A DNA stretch of 64,000 nt. Origin: Chlorokybus atmophyticus (taxonomy: Eukaryota; Plantae; Mesostigma and Chlorokybus algae). Of the stretch, positions 13,829-27,701 are shown piece after piece. The stretch covers positions 536,537 to 600,536 of the forward strand of contig RHPI01003156.1 of NCBI GenBank assembly GCA_009103225.1, given 5' to 3'. Under the pieces are notes generated by a model. The model saw nothing but the letters and a program-made list of their open reading frames with translations. It searched no databases and had not been told where the DNA came from. Made by a program: the position numbers and the translations under genes. Positions within the stretch are counted from its first letter, which is position 1. Every line of letters begins with the position of its first letter.

Positions 13829-15701
13829 GGCGTGGGTGCTGCTGCTATGCGCGGTGCTAGCTGTCGCGTGCTTCCAGAGCTTTGCACTTGATGCACATCC
13901 AGGGAGGCGGCTCGGCGCACGGCCCACCAAGTTTGGGGCTCCTTCCCGGCGGTGATCTCACCACGATTGATCAAGGCGGACCTTACTTTGTTCCCCAAGT
14001 CCAGCAGGCTGAAGTGTAAGGTGCGTGTGTGCCTGCATGCAACCGTGTTTACATGCGTGCGTGTTACTGTCTCTATGTCAGCCTGCGCCTAGCTCTGTCT
14101 GTCTGTGCGTGCGCACACACGCATGCGTGCGGGCTTGTGCAACCGTGTGTGCAGCAGTGCTTGTGAGCTTCTTCATATGTGAGATTGATACCGCAGTTGT
14201 GGGGCTTTGCATTCTTGAAAAGCATGCGTTTCGGCTGCGATTGCTGCCAAGGCCGGCAGTCAGGCAATATTCGATAGGGATGTGCTCAACTTCCTCCCCA
14301 ACACGGAGTGCTTGGAGGCGCGCTTCGATACCTTCGCAGCATTCGAGGCGGAGATTCCGCTCGACCTGCTGTCATTCACTGGAGCGTGCTTCCGTAAAGC
14401 GATTGGTGGCAGGTACGTACCTTTTGTCGGTGTGCGGCAGTTGTGTAATGTTGCAGCAGTAAGACCTACTCTCAACCATGGTTCTGAGTTGTGCAACCGT
14501 GCCACTGCAAAAACACCACGAAGGCGGATGTCAGCAACCAGCTGCAGCCCTGGGCTGAAGTGGTGGCATTGGACGAGCAAGGCCACGTGCGGTGAGTGGC
14601 AAAGACTTGGTTGTACCCCGCGGTCGGCGTGGCAAAGACTTGGTTGTACCCAGAGGTCGGCGCCGCTGGAGACAAGGTAAGCACCCAATTATGTTGTGTT
14701 TTGTCGCTGTTGTTGCTGTTGTGTGGGTCGGTGTGTGTGCGCGCACGCACGTGTGCACCGCTCCGTTTCAGCTACTGTGTGGGACTCACACAGTTGTGTC
14801 ATTGTACTCACGATGATGACTTGGGTTGAAGGGGTGTATCTTGCTGATGAGCAACCCGGGGCTGGCGGATGCGGTGGCCGGGCTGGCGTGTTCAGCGAGC
14901 TACCAGTCGGCGGTGGACAGGCAGCTGCTGTGGGACCGCCGCAGCTTTACAATCGAAGAGTACAGCCTGCGTGTGTTCAGGCGTTGGTGCAGGCGGCGTC
15001 AAACCTCCGCAACTCTCTCTGATGGGCCCTTCAACGACGACCAGAGCCTGTACAACTTTGACACAAACTTCGTTGCAGTCCCCACCCTCAAGATCAACAA
15101 CGTGCCCACCGACATCCGTGATCTCACCTCAGCCGCACGCCCAAGCAGGTACTGATGACGTACACGCGTGCATGTTTGATGAGCATACAACTCAGTTTGA
15201 GGACGAGGAGAGTCGCACACGCGCACGCATACATGTGCAATACGCACAATGCGTGTCAGGTTCTGAACATCATAACCTTGGGATGGGTGAACGCCATCGG
15301 TGGGTTCTTCCCCCAAGGCATAAACGGCAAGATTAACAATACCGTCGGTTTTGCCGATCAACGGCTTTGCAGGCTACCGTGGCAGTAGAATTACCGTCAG
15401 AACCCTGAGCCAAGTAAGCGGTTGCATGGCCCAATCTCATCAGATTCGTGCTGCTGCGTTGCTTTCCTCAACCCACACTTGGGCTCCATATCTTGCCGGC
15501 AAAGCGAACCTGCTGAACCAACACAACACCATCCCGGCCCCGGCACCCGAGGCGGTCCAGCTGGAGGCCTCAGGTGCGGAGTACGACCCCGGCTTCAACA
15601 TCACCAATCTGGGCACAGGGCTCGCCGCTGGACCCTATGCGGACACTTTGTGCCAAGCGGCAGCCCTTAAGAGAATGAAGAGTAACAGTACACCGGCTTG
15701 A
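13829..15701 (+). pseudogene. Disrupted multi-exon gene of unknown family, possibly with a signal peptide
   Basis: Codon-like exons with GT-AG borders (AIFDRDVLNFLPNTECLEARF..., FNDDQSLYNFDTNFVAVP..., VLNIITLGWVNAIGGFF..., INGFAGYRGSRITVRTLSQ|IRAAALL...PA*). In-frame TGAs (~14484, ~14593), frameshifts (~15120, ~15357) and a 33-bp tandem duplication interrupt it. Confidence 0.45.
14596..14661. repeat. 33-bp tandem duplication
   Basis: GTGGCAAAGACTTGGTTGTACCCCGCGGTCGGC followed by GTGGCAAAGACTTGGTTGTACCCAGAGGTCGGC. Confidence 0.9.
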
Positions 15702-16182
15702 TTGCGTGCTCACTGGCAACCATCAGGTGATACACTACCAACTGTTGCGTTGTGTCGTGTCTTGTTGTAGCGCCTGATAGCAAAATCTAGCATGCATGTG
15801 GTTGTAGTGTGTGTCTGTAGCAGTTGGGTGATACAAATATCATGTTGTACCGGTTTGTGTATCATTCGCTGCTTGGGACTGTTGACAAATCTTAGTAGTG
15901 CCAGAATCCGTTGCAAAACTAGTTAGTAATCTACATCTTGGCCTCCAGACACAATACTACACTGGGCCCCTGCATGGACCGTTATGCTCCTGTGCCGTGT
16001 ACAACTGATGCTTGAGCGCAAAGTGCTCAACAACTAACACACGAGGTGGGTAGACACCTCAAACCTCACTACACTAGGATGGGCTAAACTACAGTCCTTG
16101 CAATTGCAACAGGAGGTCACAGTAGCAGTCGCACCCCCATTGCCAAGGACGTATTTGTGAACAGCAGTGTCATCCAACCTCT

Positions 16183-17760
16183 TTAGATGGCTGTCATGAC
16201 GCGGTGACGGAAAGGCGACCGAGAGCGTGCGGGCTCGAGCTGTGAGGGCTCATTTGTGCGATATGGCGTGTGCGGAGAAGGTGAGAATGTGAAGGCTCTG
16301 TACTCAGCGCTGCGCGCGGGCGTCACCCTCTCACGCCCCTTCACCGAAGAAGTTGACAGCGAAGGTGGGCGCGAGTCTGTCATCGGGCTTTTTGGCGATG
16401 CCGGCAGCTGAACGCTCAACCGGGACAAGCTCGCACCGCCGCTGCTGACTGCTGCGGGCCTTTCTTGCACGATTGGCCGAGGTGGCGGCACTGAATAGCT
16501 GTGCGTCACGGACACAATTGTAGGCAACGCGTCCACGTTCTGCCCAGCCTCCACCAGCAACGTGTTGCTCTGCATGGTTGAGTGACTACATAAGAGTTAC
16601 TGAGAACTTGGCATTGGAGCCAACACTGCAACACACTCAGTCATGCTGCCTCGTCACGCATGACACATGAGTTGGCACAAACACTTGCCTGCAAAGGATG
16701 CACACTCTGTCCTGGTGGCAAACGATGACTTGGCCTGCACTCAACCTGGCAAGCAGCATGCATGAGCGGCGGTTTGTGCATCCATACACGAACATGGAAG
16801 CTCCGTTGATGCTTTACCTGAGGAGCCTTCTTGCCTCGGAGTCTCGGACAAAGCCATGCAAGACAGGACAGCCTTGCTAGAGACGAGTACAGCTCCAGAA
16901 TGCCAAACACAAACAGCACAATGCCAAGGTATGCGCTCAGAAACACATAGTAACCCTGCCACATCAACATCGTCTCAAAGATTGTCATGAGATGTTGATT
17001 GCCTGCTGTTCATTGCCCTGTGACGAATGAAGTGAATCCAACAACATCATGCAAGTGTTGTCCTGACTTTGCGTGCAAAACGCTTACCTTCACATGGTCA
17101 CCAAACTGTTGGTGGTATTGATGCACACCGCTGTAAACGCTCACAACCGCCGTTGCAAGAGTAGCAATGCCCAGTAACCAATGCAGCGCCATGAACGATG
17201 GGTACCGCGAGTTGCGCTGCTGCAACGCTTGCCGACTGCGAGGTAGTCTTGCCAACAGCACGAGGCCCAGCGTAGCTGTGGCGAAAAAGACAATCCCCAC
17301 GTAATTGTGCCACCCTGCAGGTGTCATGCCATCAACACACACACACACACATAACTGGTGAGCAACAACACGGCTTACCGGACCAATAGCGCGTGAAGCC
17401 CGCCATGACAATGACGCCGACAGCTGCAAGCACGAAGGCGGCAATGCAGAAGGCGATGTGGAAGTATAGGCGCAGACGTGACGAAAAGGTGTCTGCTCCC
17501 CCACGGTGCGATCTGATCAACATAATCAACTTCAAGCTACGCTTGCTATTTTCTGATGAGTGTATGCTAGGTGTATGCTGGGCTGTTACAACCACAGCAA
17601 GGATTGGCCACTTGCCTGTAGTGCCGTCCGAACAGGGCCCCCACTGGCAACAGACAAGTAGTAGATACCAGCATGCATGCCGCATGCGCTACCACTGCCG
17701 CTTTATTTCCGTCCTCACTGCGCATTGTGACGGTTGACTCTGCAAGGCTTGCATGGCAAC
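16183..17760 (-). CDS. Cytochrome b561/ferric-reductase-type transmembrane protein with Ser/Pro-rich C-tail; 5' exons uncertain (may extend to ~18460)
   Basis: Four His-bearing TM segments: AHAACMLVSTTCLLPVGALFGRHYR, LYFHIAFCIAAFVLAAVG, WHNYVGIVFF, FMALHWLLGIATL. A fifth TM follows (GYYVFLSAYLGIVLFVFG). Splice phases are consistent. Confidence 0.72.
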
Positions 17761-18966
17761 AGACAATCCCACAAGTACTGCGAGGGACTGGACAGCTGGC
17801 TGACTGCCAGTTCAACAGGCTTGCTGTGCAAAGCAGTGCAAAGCACCCAACTCGACCCATGTAGTTATCGATTATTATGTTGCTGAGTCAGCCGCGCAAG
17901 TAATTGCACACAATGTTTTGCTAGACGCATGACTGTTGACTTGCAAGCTATGGCCGGTTACAGGGCAGCGCGTGCAGCAGTGCTAGCACAGCATGCTAGC
18001 TACACACTGCCAGCTGCTTCCATAACAGATCACAAGCGCTTGATACTTGCAATGAACAAGCAATTAGACTCTTGTTTTTGCGTGCAATTGACTGTGTGCT
18101 GGGCAGACAGCCATGCATACACCAGGCAGCACCATTAACCAGTTGACACGATTTCAACGAAGCAACGACGTTTTCGCAATGTCCATGCTGTGCATGTCAT
18201 GTGCTTACCCTGAAAGCGCATGCGGTGAAGGCGCAGCCATTATGAAAAGTGAAAAGTTTTTCGCTCTTCGCTCCCACTGCTGCACAGCGTCAACTTTCAC
18301 GCCTGAGCTGCATGCTCTCCGGCCCTTTCCACCACGCACAGCACGCCATTACCAGATGACGCAATCTCGCAGTGCCCCTACACCTCCTAATTACCAGCCA
18401 GCCTACTCACCACCATCTCCGCCGCCACCGACAACACCGACGACAACAACATCTGCAACGAGGACACTGCCGCTGTTGACGCCTAAACTTGGCCCAGAAG
18501 CATGCCGCCGACGCACCTTGCAAACTTTATGAGGAATTCAGAAAACACATCAACCCTCCAGCTTTGCAAAAGGCCATTTTCTTTGCTGCTTGAGCGGACG
18601 CTCCTCGTTTTAATTTGAGGGGTTTGCCTCTGGATACTTTCTAACGTTAGTTTAGCAGCGCTTCATTCAAACTGTGCATGTTTTCCCGCGCTGGCTGCCC
18701 GTCTGTGAAATTCCGCGTACTCCAGCAGAGTTCGCCGCTGCCCGTTTTTAATCGACCTTCCGACGCGAAAACCGCTGCGCGTGCGTTGTTACGTTAGCGG
18801 CGCACAAAGAGGTTTGTGCGCGCAATACAACGCTTGCTGTGTGCGCTCATGTGCGTCGATATCATAGTTGGTGAACATGATTTCGGGTATATAGCGGATA
18901 TTACGCGAGCTCGGAAAGCGTTGCCAAATTCAAAAAAGCGAGCAGCATAGGGTAGGGTTTTGGCGG

Positions 18967-21900
18967 ATGGCGCTGGCGACGTTGGCAGCGGCGGCAGCGG
19001 TGGGGGTGAGCGCAGGGGGGTCCGAGGGCATGGCTGCGGCGCCGGGCTTGGTTGATGGTCAGCAAGACGTGGACATCGCCGCAGCCATTGACCATGCCTT
19101 TGACCCGGCGGAGTGGGTGCTGGAGTTTTTGCTGCTAAACAGACAGGTTAGCCTGTTGTGGTTGCACAGTGTTTACCATTCATTGCTCAATGGACTCTGC
19201 ATGCATGTAATGGGCAGTGACTTCTGGGAATCACAAGCGTGTCGTTGCCATCCTTCTTGGCATCGGCCGGTGTGTTTTGATGTGACGGGTACTGGTTGTG
19301 CGCTGGTTTGGAACTCAATGCTGCGTGCTGTGGTAACGCAAGTGCGCCCAGTGCATCATGCTGGTACTCTTTAAGTAATGGAGTACCATAGACAGGAAAA
19401 CAAACCAATCTGTGTACTGTGTCTCCAGAGCGTGCGCCAAAATGTGTTGGTTTGCGTGTGGCAATGTAGCAGTTCGCATCACTCGTCGTCACTGCCTAAC
19501 AGTGATAGGCCATCACGTATCCAACTCAATCCATAAGCCCCNCATTCTCTCATGGTCAAGTTAGCAACTATCCACACACAGCAAGCTTGGAATAACTTAT
19601 AAGACATAATTAAAATGATAACCTTAAGGTGTAAAGTCAGTCAACAGTAATGTGCAAGCCATGTAACTGAGTGACCCCATTCTTGAAAAAAAACAGCGAA
19701 AGAGAACCTCAAGTCATCACCATGCACCATGTATTTTCAAGACGCGAGGAAAGGGGGAAGTGCGCTAGAGATTGGCTTGCCAGGTGTAGCGTATCGAAAG
19801 GAGCAGCTGAGCTGAGCACTTATACGCACTGAATCGCGACTTCCAAGCTTGTCTTGCATGCTCTTGCACAGTTATTCTTGTCGCCAACAGTCTGTTGTTG
19901 GTTAAAGTGCATGTGGCATGGCTGATCAGGTTAGAGATGGGGTGATTGAGAGCGTGCTGGAGCACGAGGCGTTCCGCAAGGTGGTTGTGCAGGGCTCCCG
20001 CATCGACCGCGTTCTGCATTTCCGCTCACTTGAGTCACTGCTGGCAGTTGATCTGCTGGACGACAGGGTAAGCATGACAAACACAACACCAACCACTCCA
20101 TTGTTTGTGTGCTATACTCGGTTTTTTAAACTGTTGTGCAGTTAGCCAAAGCGTGCTGCTTGCTTGCGGTTTCTGCTCTCAGATTTGGATTGTACTGCAG
20201 TGCATGACACCACCATGTGTGATGACAGCTTTATGGCGTTGTCGCTGCCATCCTTGGCTTGGACGACAGCCATACTTTTGAGCTACCTGATGAGACGCTA
20301 GCACGCACTGGTCATGACGCGCATGCTGTGAGGCGTCTCCTATTAGCCATTGACACAGAGGTTGGTGGGTGACAGTTTGCCACTATGCTGACTTCCAACA
20401 CACTCCCTCTTGTTTGCTTGCAACTGCATGGCTACTCCAGAGGCGTAGTTGTTATACTTACTAGTGCATGGCTTCAGGCAGTATTACGGCATGCACGCAG
20501 TTGTCATGATGCAGCGTTTTCTGCGGCGGTGGATAAGCACTTTCCAAGCGACCAAAGTTTCCTTGATGACGAGCGCTCTAGCAGGTATGCATGCAACAGG
20601 ATGGCAAGGCACATGCACCATCACGATATTCTCACTCAGATTGGCTTGTGAATAGGGCACTCTTGCTGCGAGAAAGCATTGGAATCCCTGCCCTGCAGGG
20701 TGCCTTACTCAAGTCTTACCCTCGATCACGCCTTGCAAGCCAACTAGGGGACTTTCTTGCACGCGAGCGGGAGCTCCTTGGAGTCCCACTGGTAGGTTCA
20801 GCCTTCTACATGCATGTAGGGGCTTTTTGAGTTGATTGGCCAAAAGTGCTTACTGAAGCGATAAGCAGAAAGTTGTCTGTACGTCTTAATCTGTGGCATG
20901 TTGATGGTGATACCCTTTCGCTTGTGTGCCAGTTGGCAAGGTTTGCTGGGGCACAAGGGGAGAAAGTCACAGACGCCTGGCTGTCTGCCTGTGCTGGATT
21001 GTGCAAGGCACGGCTCAAAGGAATCCAGGACCATCCAAGTGAGCAACTTGGTAAGCCTGTCCTTCATGTTATGGTTGTTATCCATCACATGCATACTGCT
21101 ACATGGCTTTTCAGGCCCCATGCTCCCACACCAGCGACATACTTGCGTTGTCTTGCAGCCTTGGTAGCGGAAGGAGTATCGGACACACCACCAGCAAAAC
21201 GACGTCGTGTGGCACAGGACAGCGTGCCCTCACCATTGAAAGAGGCGTCCGTTCAAACATCGCCTGCTTCCGCTCCAGCTGTCCCGCACACCAACCTGAC
21301 CCCAGCAGGGCCCACATCACCCACCTCAGAGCCGGGAGCGCGCAGGTCGTTACAGTACGAAGTCCAAGTGCAGCATGTTGCACCACAGGCTGACAAAAGG
21401 TGTGAACATGGCTGTGTGCAACCTTGAGTTTTGCTGTATGTGTGCTCCAGTCCAACAATCACTCTGTATTTATATGTGGATTCGCCTGCTGGACTTTCAG
21501 GCGCATGTTTTTGCATGTTTGTAGTGACAGAGGAGGTGAAGATGCCCAGGCTGCCATGCGAGCTTTGCGCGCAAGTAGCAAGGCTCTCAAGAATCTCGGC
21601 ACGGATCCGTTGCCGAGTGCAGTACAAGTGGCAGAGGGTTTGCGTGGCAACTTCAAGCCGCAGTCGGAAGCATTGCCAATCAAAACTAAAAGCCAAGAGC
21701 TGCAGGAGACCGCGGCGCACACTCGCTCGCGGTTGATTGCAGCAAAGCGGGCAAGAGTGGATGCTGAAGCAGAGGAAAACAAGAGAAGGTTGCAAGCTAG
21801 AGCAGAAGAACAGGAGAACGCAAAAAGGTTGGAGGCGAACCAGGCAAGAGTGGCTGCTGAAGCAGAGGAGAACATGAGAAGGTTGCAAGCCAGAGCAGAA

Positions 21901-23270
21901 GCACAGGAGAAGGCAAAGTTGGCAAGGCGAGCGCAAGAAGAGGCTGAGGCACGTGAAGAAGCAGAGCGAGCAGAACGCAAAGCAGAGCAAGAACGAGCTG
22001 AACAAGAAGCTGAGGCAGCTGCGACCGAAGCCCATCACGAGTATATGGTGGATGAAACTTACATGGAGACGGGTGACGGTGAGCTTGGAGGTACATTGGC
22101 GCCGCATACCCAATATGAAACTCCAGCGCTGGAACCGCACATTGCTGAGCAGCAGCACACTACTGCTGTTCACACGGTAAGTCCTCATAAGGACTGGTTG
22201 ATGATGACGCAACTGGCCTTGTTCTGATTGTATGTTCTGCTGTAGGTGGCTGCCCCAAACACAGCGCAAGCTCAGGCACCTCGTCAGCCTGTTGTTCATT
22301 TCCAGCAACCAACCACAACCGGTCGCACACAGCAACTTGCACCAAACTTGATGGCAAGACAACCATCCGCGCATACTGTGGAGGTAAGAATTGCCTGCGT
22401 TGCTGGGTTGTTGCGTGCGTGGGGTGTTGCTGTATGTAACCGTCAGTTTTGGTTGTGGTCTGTTTACAAGCATCACAAGTGTCGACGCCCTGCAGTGGTC
22501 AACGCCAGAAGATGACATTGAAGTGACACCACCTGATGAGGCTGGGCCAAGTGGCAGCAGGATGATTGGCGACACACCTGCGCCAACACTTCGTCTTCCG
22601 CCACCTCCAGATAAAGTATGTATATGCGTGCAGACTTAAATTGCCACAGTGGGTGAACTTATTCTCAGTTTGCACGTCATTTGCGAGCAAAGCTGACACT
22701 GCACTGATCTGGATTGGCAGACATTCGAGCCACTGGTTGATGCAAGGCCGCATATAGAAAACCGAGCTCTTCAGGCTGGGCGTCGCATACGGCAAAGGTT
22801 CAGCCGAATAGAAGAAGCCATCTTACGCGAAGCAGTTATCAGGTGATGCTGTGTTTTACTGTATGCCTTGTCTTGTTCAGCATATCCTAGTCTTGACCTG
22901 TGCAGCCTGTTATGACCGCTGTGACTCAGCATTGCACTGGGTCCGCATGTTGAGCATTTTTGCTTCCAACCTGCACTGCAGCATCTATCAGCTGTGAGTA
23001 TGTTGGCTGTGTATGAAGCTCACATTGCATCTTAATTGTAGCCTGGCTGTCAACTGTTGTGCATGCAGGTTCGGTAAAGGCAAATGGCGGCAAATCATGC
23101 TGGAGTATTCGCATGTGTTTGTGGGGCGCACACAAGTGAGTTTTGTGACATCAGTTTTGAATGTCACAGTTCTGTCACATCCAACGTGTGCATCACAAGG
23201 CAACTTGCGTGCCACGCAGGTGGACCTGAAAGACAAATGGCGCAACATTGAGAAGAACAGTCTGATGTAG
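18967..23270 (+). CDS. TRF-like telomere-repeat-binding protein (C-terminal telobox Myb; plant TRFL type); multi-exon
   Basis: Last exons RRIRQRFSRIEEAILREAVIR|FGKGKWRQIMLEYSHVFVGRTQ|VDLKDKWRNIEKNSLM* contain the telobox LKDKWRN. The internal block ALRASSKALKNLGTDPLPSAVQVAE resembles the conserved TRFL 'S..L...DPLP.A' motif. N-terminal helical region present. Confidence 0.85.
19543..19675 (+). repeat. 133-bp dispersed repeat, copy 1 (inside a TRFL intron)
   Basis: CATTCTCTCATGGTCAAG...GTAACTGAGTGAC, identical by eye to 29230-29362. Confidence 0.95.
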
Positions 23271-24045
23271 GACAGAACCTGTACTGGTATGCGCGCTTCT
23301 GCAGCTCGACACTGGTTGAAGTTTTCATTATGCAGTTTACTTTCTGTATTGGACTGCAGGTATCTGATCTGTTTATGTATAGAGACTGATTGTAAGTAGC
23401 TGGTTAACAGTCCAGTATGACATAACATGCGTACTGCAACGGCTCGCTGCAGGCCTGCACTGCATGTAGCGTACTGCTGTATGGATGATATGTTGAACAC
23501 ACTAACAAGGGGGGCAGTAGGAGTAGAGTAGTACATAATTAGCCCGGTGGTCGTGCGTGCATTGAGGTGCGTGGGGTGTATTGCATGTCATGCATGGCAT
23601 TGAAATGCATGCTTCTAACAGCCTCGTGCTGATCCTGTACATTTGCACTGGCACACAAGTCGTTGCAGGCCCCAATATGCATAGATCTTTGCGTTTGTTT
23701 AACAAACACAGCCAGGAAAACAACACAAAACAAGAAAACTTGCATTACAGCACTATACATAACGCTTGCAATGACAAATTACACATGCAAAGACATGTGT
23801 GTAATGTACTGCTAACTTACAAGGTCTTGACCACCAGTGGCCTAAAACTAAAACACATGACTGCAGCAACGACAACTGCTGTCAACTGCCTGTGTACAGC
23901 ACAGGCAGATGACAGCCTGCACATATATCACCAACTGTTGTGCAGGTCCATAGGTTGTGGACCAACACAACAGATCGCAAGCCAACAGCATAGTATCACT
24001 GGCACAACACTGTAAATCTTAGAAGAGGTAGTAGGTTTATCAAGA

Positions 24046-27000
24046 TCAATGACTTGTAATGAAACCATTTGCAGACTCCATGACAGAGGTGGAGTCCACA
24101 TTGGCGGCACGAAGCACACCCGTCAGCCACCGTTGTGCCTTGTCCGCCAAGAGCTCCCACTCACTGCAAAGGGATGCGAGTTTCGCCTTCAGGAAGGCCA
24201 GTGAGAGGGCCGTGCCCACGATGTCAGCGCGTCCTTGCGTTATAGCGGGCAGCAGGTCCTTGACATCGTCCAGCGTCACGGCCATCACCGCCGCCAACTC
24301 CTCCGTGAGCGAGAAGGACCCGTTTGAGCTTTGCAGCAACACAAGGCGCTCCAGCTTCGCACGCTCCACATCACCACCTGTCCTCTCCACCGCGCCTTGC
24401 TGCTCCTCAACATCATCCATATCCACAGCGGACCTCATATATATGTTGGAGCTGGTAGCATCCATACTCAAAGTCGGTGGAGCTGTATAACTCTCATCCC
24501 TTGCAGGAGTGTAACACTCGTCCCTCGCGTAGCGGTAGCGCATAGTCGAATTGCGTGCCTTGGCTTCAAGGGCCCCAAAGCTGCCTGGTACACTCCCCGA
24601 TGGAGCCTCCCCAGATTTGGGCATGAGCGACTCATCTGGTTTGGCTCCAGAGGCCCCAAAGTTGCCATAGGCAGCCGGTGATGAACCCACCTGAACATTG
24701 GGCGTAGTTGCCATTTGTGGGTCGACTGGAGAGCCCGCCCCTAACTGGATCATTCCAGGGCCGGAAGTCCGCCCAGAAGGCATGTACTTGGACCCAGGTG
24801 CGGGTGCGGCCATGGGCGCAGCAGCAAACGCTTGCTGCGGCATTGCTGGTGGCGGAGGTGTGGCACCGAACAAACTGTTTTTCTTGAACATACCCGTGAA
24901 ACCCGACACCACCCCCCCGAAGCCACCTCCACTGAAGCCCCTGGAGCGAGAAGTGACGGGGAAGCCCGTAGAAGCGCTTAGGAACCTGGCTTGGCTGGCG
25001 GGCGGGTACACCGGTACAGGGCGGGCCTGCATGGGCAAGGCGACCTTCTCACCGTCAGCGCGCTCCTCAACGGCGATAAATGCGGTCTCTGAGGACGCCA
25101 GCCCGAACCGCACGGCGATGTCAACTATCTCCCTCTTCAGATCGCTCTCGGAGGGCTTGAAGAGGACATCTTGGTGCAGATGGCTAGAACCTGTGACAAT
25201 CACGGCTGAGTTGTCTGTGTTGTGGTGGTGGTGGTGGTACTTATTGTTGCTTTTGCTGTTGCTGTTACAATTGTGTGTATGGCCAAGAGATAATGTTCAG
25301 ACATACCTTCTTCAAAGTCTCGAATGAGGGCTCTGGCAGCCATGCGGTGCACAATGTTGCCGCGGTAAGTGTTGTTGGGTTCGGCGGGCAGGGTGACAAC
25401 CAGCGGCCCGTCATTGGGAGTCTGTGCTGTGATTGTGACGGCTGAAGGCAACGCCGTGCCGGGCTTGAAGAAAGCGTACACGAGGAAGCGAGTGTTGCTG
25501 AAAACCGGAGGCACGCTGAACGGGGCCTGTTTCACTGCGCTGTTGCTTGCAGGAGGAGGGTTGGGAGCCTGTTCGCTTGGGGGTTTAGGCTTGAAGAAAC
25601 CCAACAAGCTCTTCTCCTGCTTCTGGTCTTGCTTGGACTCCTCCTTTGGCGGCTCAGGTGGTGAGGCAGCTGGCGGTGAGGCAGCAACCCCCCAATCAAT
25701 CTTGATGTCGGTCAGAGCGGGCTGCAGCGCCTGCTTAAGCTGCTGTATCACCGTCTTCTCTATCCGCTCGTTGCCATGCACAAATTCCGCCGTGCCCTTG
25801 CCTGCCCGAGCGATGCCCTGCATGCAAGTAAACATGAACCTTCACGTGTCTGCCAACCTAACATACACTGCGCAGGCGATAGCGCATACCTGCACGAGAT
25901 GGTGGCTGACACCATCGCCGATGCCGAGTGCAAACGTGCGTGCGGTGTTGTTGTGCGTCCTCACAAGGGAAAGGACCGCTTCCGTGTTGAACACCTGGCC
26001 ATCGGTGTACACAAACACCTGCCTGGTGTAGCCCGCCTCCTCCACGCGCGGCATGTTGTAGACCGCATGGAGCGGTTGCAGTATCTCTGTACCGCCGAAG
26101 TTGGCGTCCAACATTGACGCGTATTGCGCGGCTTCACGGAGGGTGCGATCGTTGTACTTCACGCTTTTTGGGAACAACATGTCGAAGTGCGAGCCGAAGC
26201 CTACAATGTTGAAGTAAGCATCCTGCGGCATTGATCTCAGACAAAGCTGAAGTGCCGCTCGGGCCTGCGATATCTGCGGCCCCTCCATTGAGCCGCTCCG
26301 GTCGATGATGAAGATCAGTTCAGTCTTGACATCATCGAGCTCAAAGCGTGGCACGAGTGTAATCATAGCCGCGCTTGACCCATCCTCATTGGTCTCAATG
26401 CAAAGGCGTGGCTTTGAGCTCTCTTCGGTGCTCACAAGTAGCACCAAGTCTTTGTCCAGAGCAGCCGAAGCATACAGAAGATGTGCCTCGCCCTTGACGC
26501 CATTGATGTCGCTCTTGATTTCGTGCGTCGGGGACGATATTGACCGTATCGCTGATAACATATCAAAGTGGATGTGGATGTTAAGTGCATAGCTGCCGGC
26601 ACCATCGCTGCTCAAGTCGTAGTGTATGGGCAGCTCAGTCCCCGTCATCGGCGTGTAACGTGGCGCAACCGTCGTTGGGAGGAGAAACCTCACTTCATCG
26701 CCGTGCAGTTGCAGCTCCGTCACGTAAGTTATTGATATTACCGCCGTACCCCCGGGCGGCAGATTGCCCACTTTCAGCTGGAAAATGTCAGGCTTCTCCT
26801 GCTGCAGCAAGTACGCCCCATGCCCTGCATGCACTTATTGAGGTGGCATTGGGGGCTATATGCACGCGGCAACTACCCGTTGACGTGCGCAAACCCATGC
26901 ATGGACCCACAACACGCACGCATATATGCATATGTGCGTGTGCGTGCACGCACGTGTGCACACACATGCATATGCCCACACATCGCGTGCACACACACAC

Positions 27001-27701
27001 ACACACATGTATATACACACCCACACACGCGTTAACTTGCCTGCAGCGGTGGCGTCGTTGTACTCCTGGCGTGCAACAGTCTTCTCCTTCACCACCCCCT
27101 CAACTCTGCGGCCAGCAACATCAGCATGGAACTCGCCGACGGCTGCGCGCTCGTCAAGGGGGAAGAAGTACGTCGCTTCAATGGGGACTGCCTCCGTGTT
27201 GCGGTACCGCTGCTCCACACGCACCTCTGCAATCTGCACGGAGAGAGTTGTGCTCTCTTTGTTGGCATGACAAATCAAGACGAGCCGCACTGTGTGCTAC
27301 CAAGAACCAAATACTAGACAAACTCAGACACTGCAACCATGTTGCGAGCAAGGCTGAAGTCTCCAACAGGAAAACTGCATGTGCAGGAGTCGTGCAAGCA
27401 TCAGGTTACATGCAGCTGTACTTGACCACACTGACTCACTTTAGACCCAAACCCTAGCCGTAGACTTAGTCTAAGCGTAAACAACATGGTAAGCACGCAG
27501 CAGACTCTGAACACAGCAAGAACATCGCCATGGCGTCTATGAGGCACTGTGCGGAACGCAATGCCGTGCAGTCACAACCAAGCAGCAGACGCATACCATG
27601 TCCACTACTCGGGCGTCCACCTTGACCCACTCCAGCGGCACCGCCGCGCCATGCTCCACGTACAGCCCGCTGACGAGACCTTCACCATCGCCGCCCGCCA
27701 T
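24046..27701 (-). CDS. VIT + von Willebrand factor A domain protein (VWA5A/BCSC-1-like); multi-exon
   Basis: VIT domain: VPLEWVKVDARVVDM|IAEVRVEQRYRN...EATYFFPLDERAAV...NLPPG. vWA MIDAS motif: IFIIDRSGSMEG...FNIVGFGS...GGTEILQPL...VYTDG...FALGIG. C-terminal LQSSNGSF...A.RWL block. Stop TAA at 24046. Confidence 0.92.

Noticed and set aside
14480-14600. In-frame TGA codons as selenocysteine
   Set aside because: The same gene also has frameshifts, and there is no redox motif or evident SECIS; pseudogenisation is simpler.
21253-22575. 440-aa minus-strand ORF
   Set aside because: Antisense shadow of the repetitive Glu/Ala/Arg-rich TRFL exon.
24698-26031. Plus-strand ORFs of 209 and 220 aa
   Set aside because: Antisense to the vWA gene exons, with no independent motifs.
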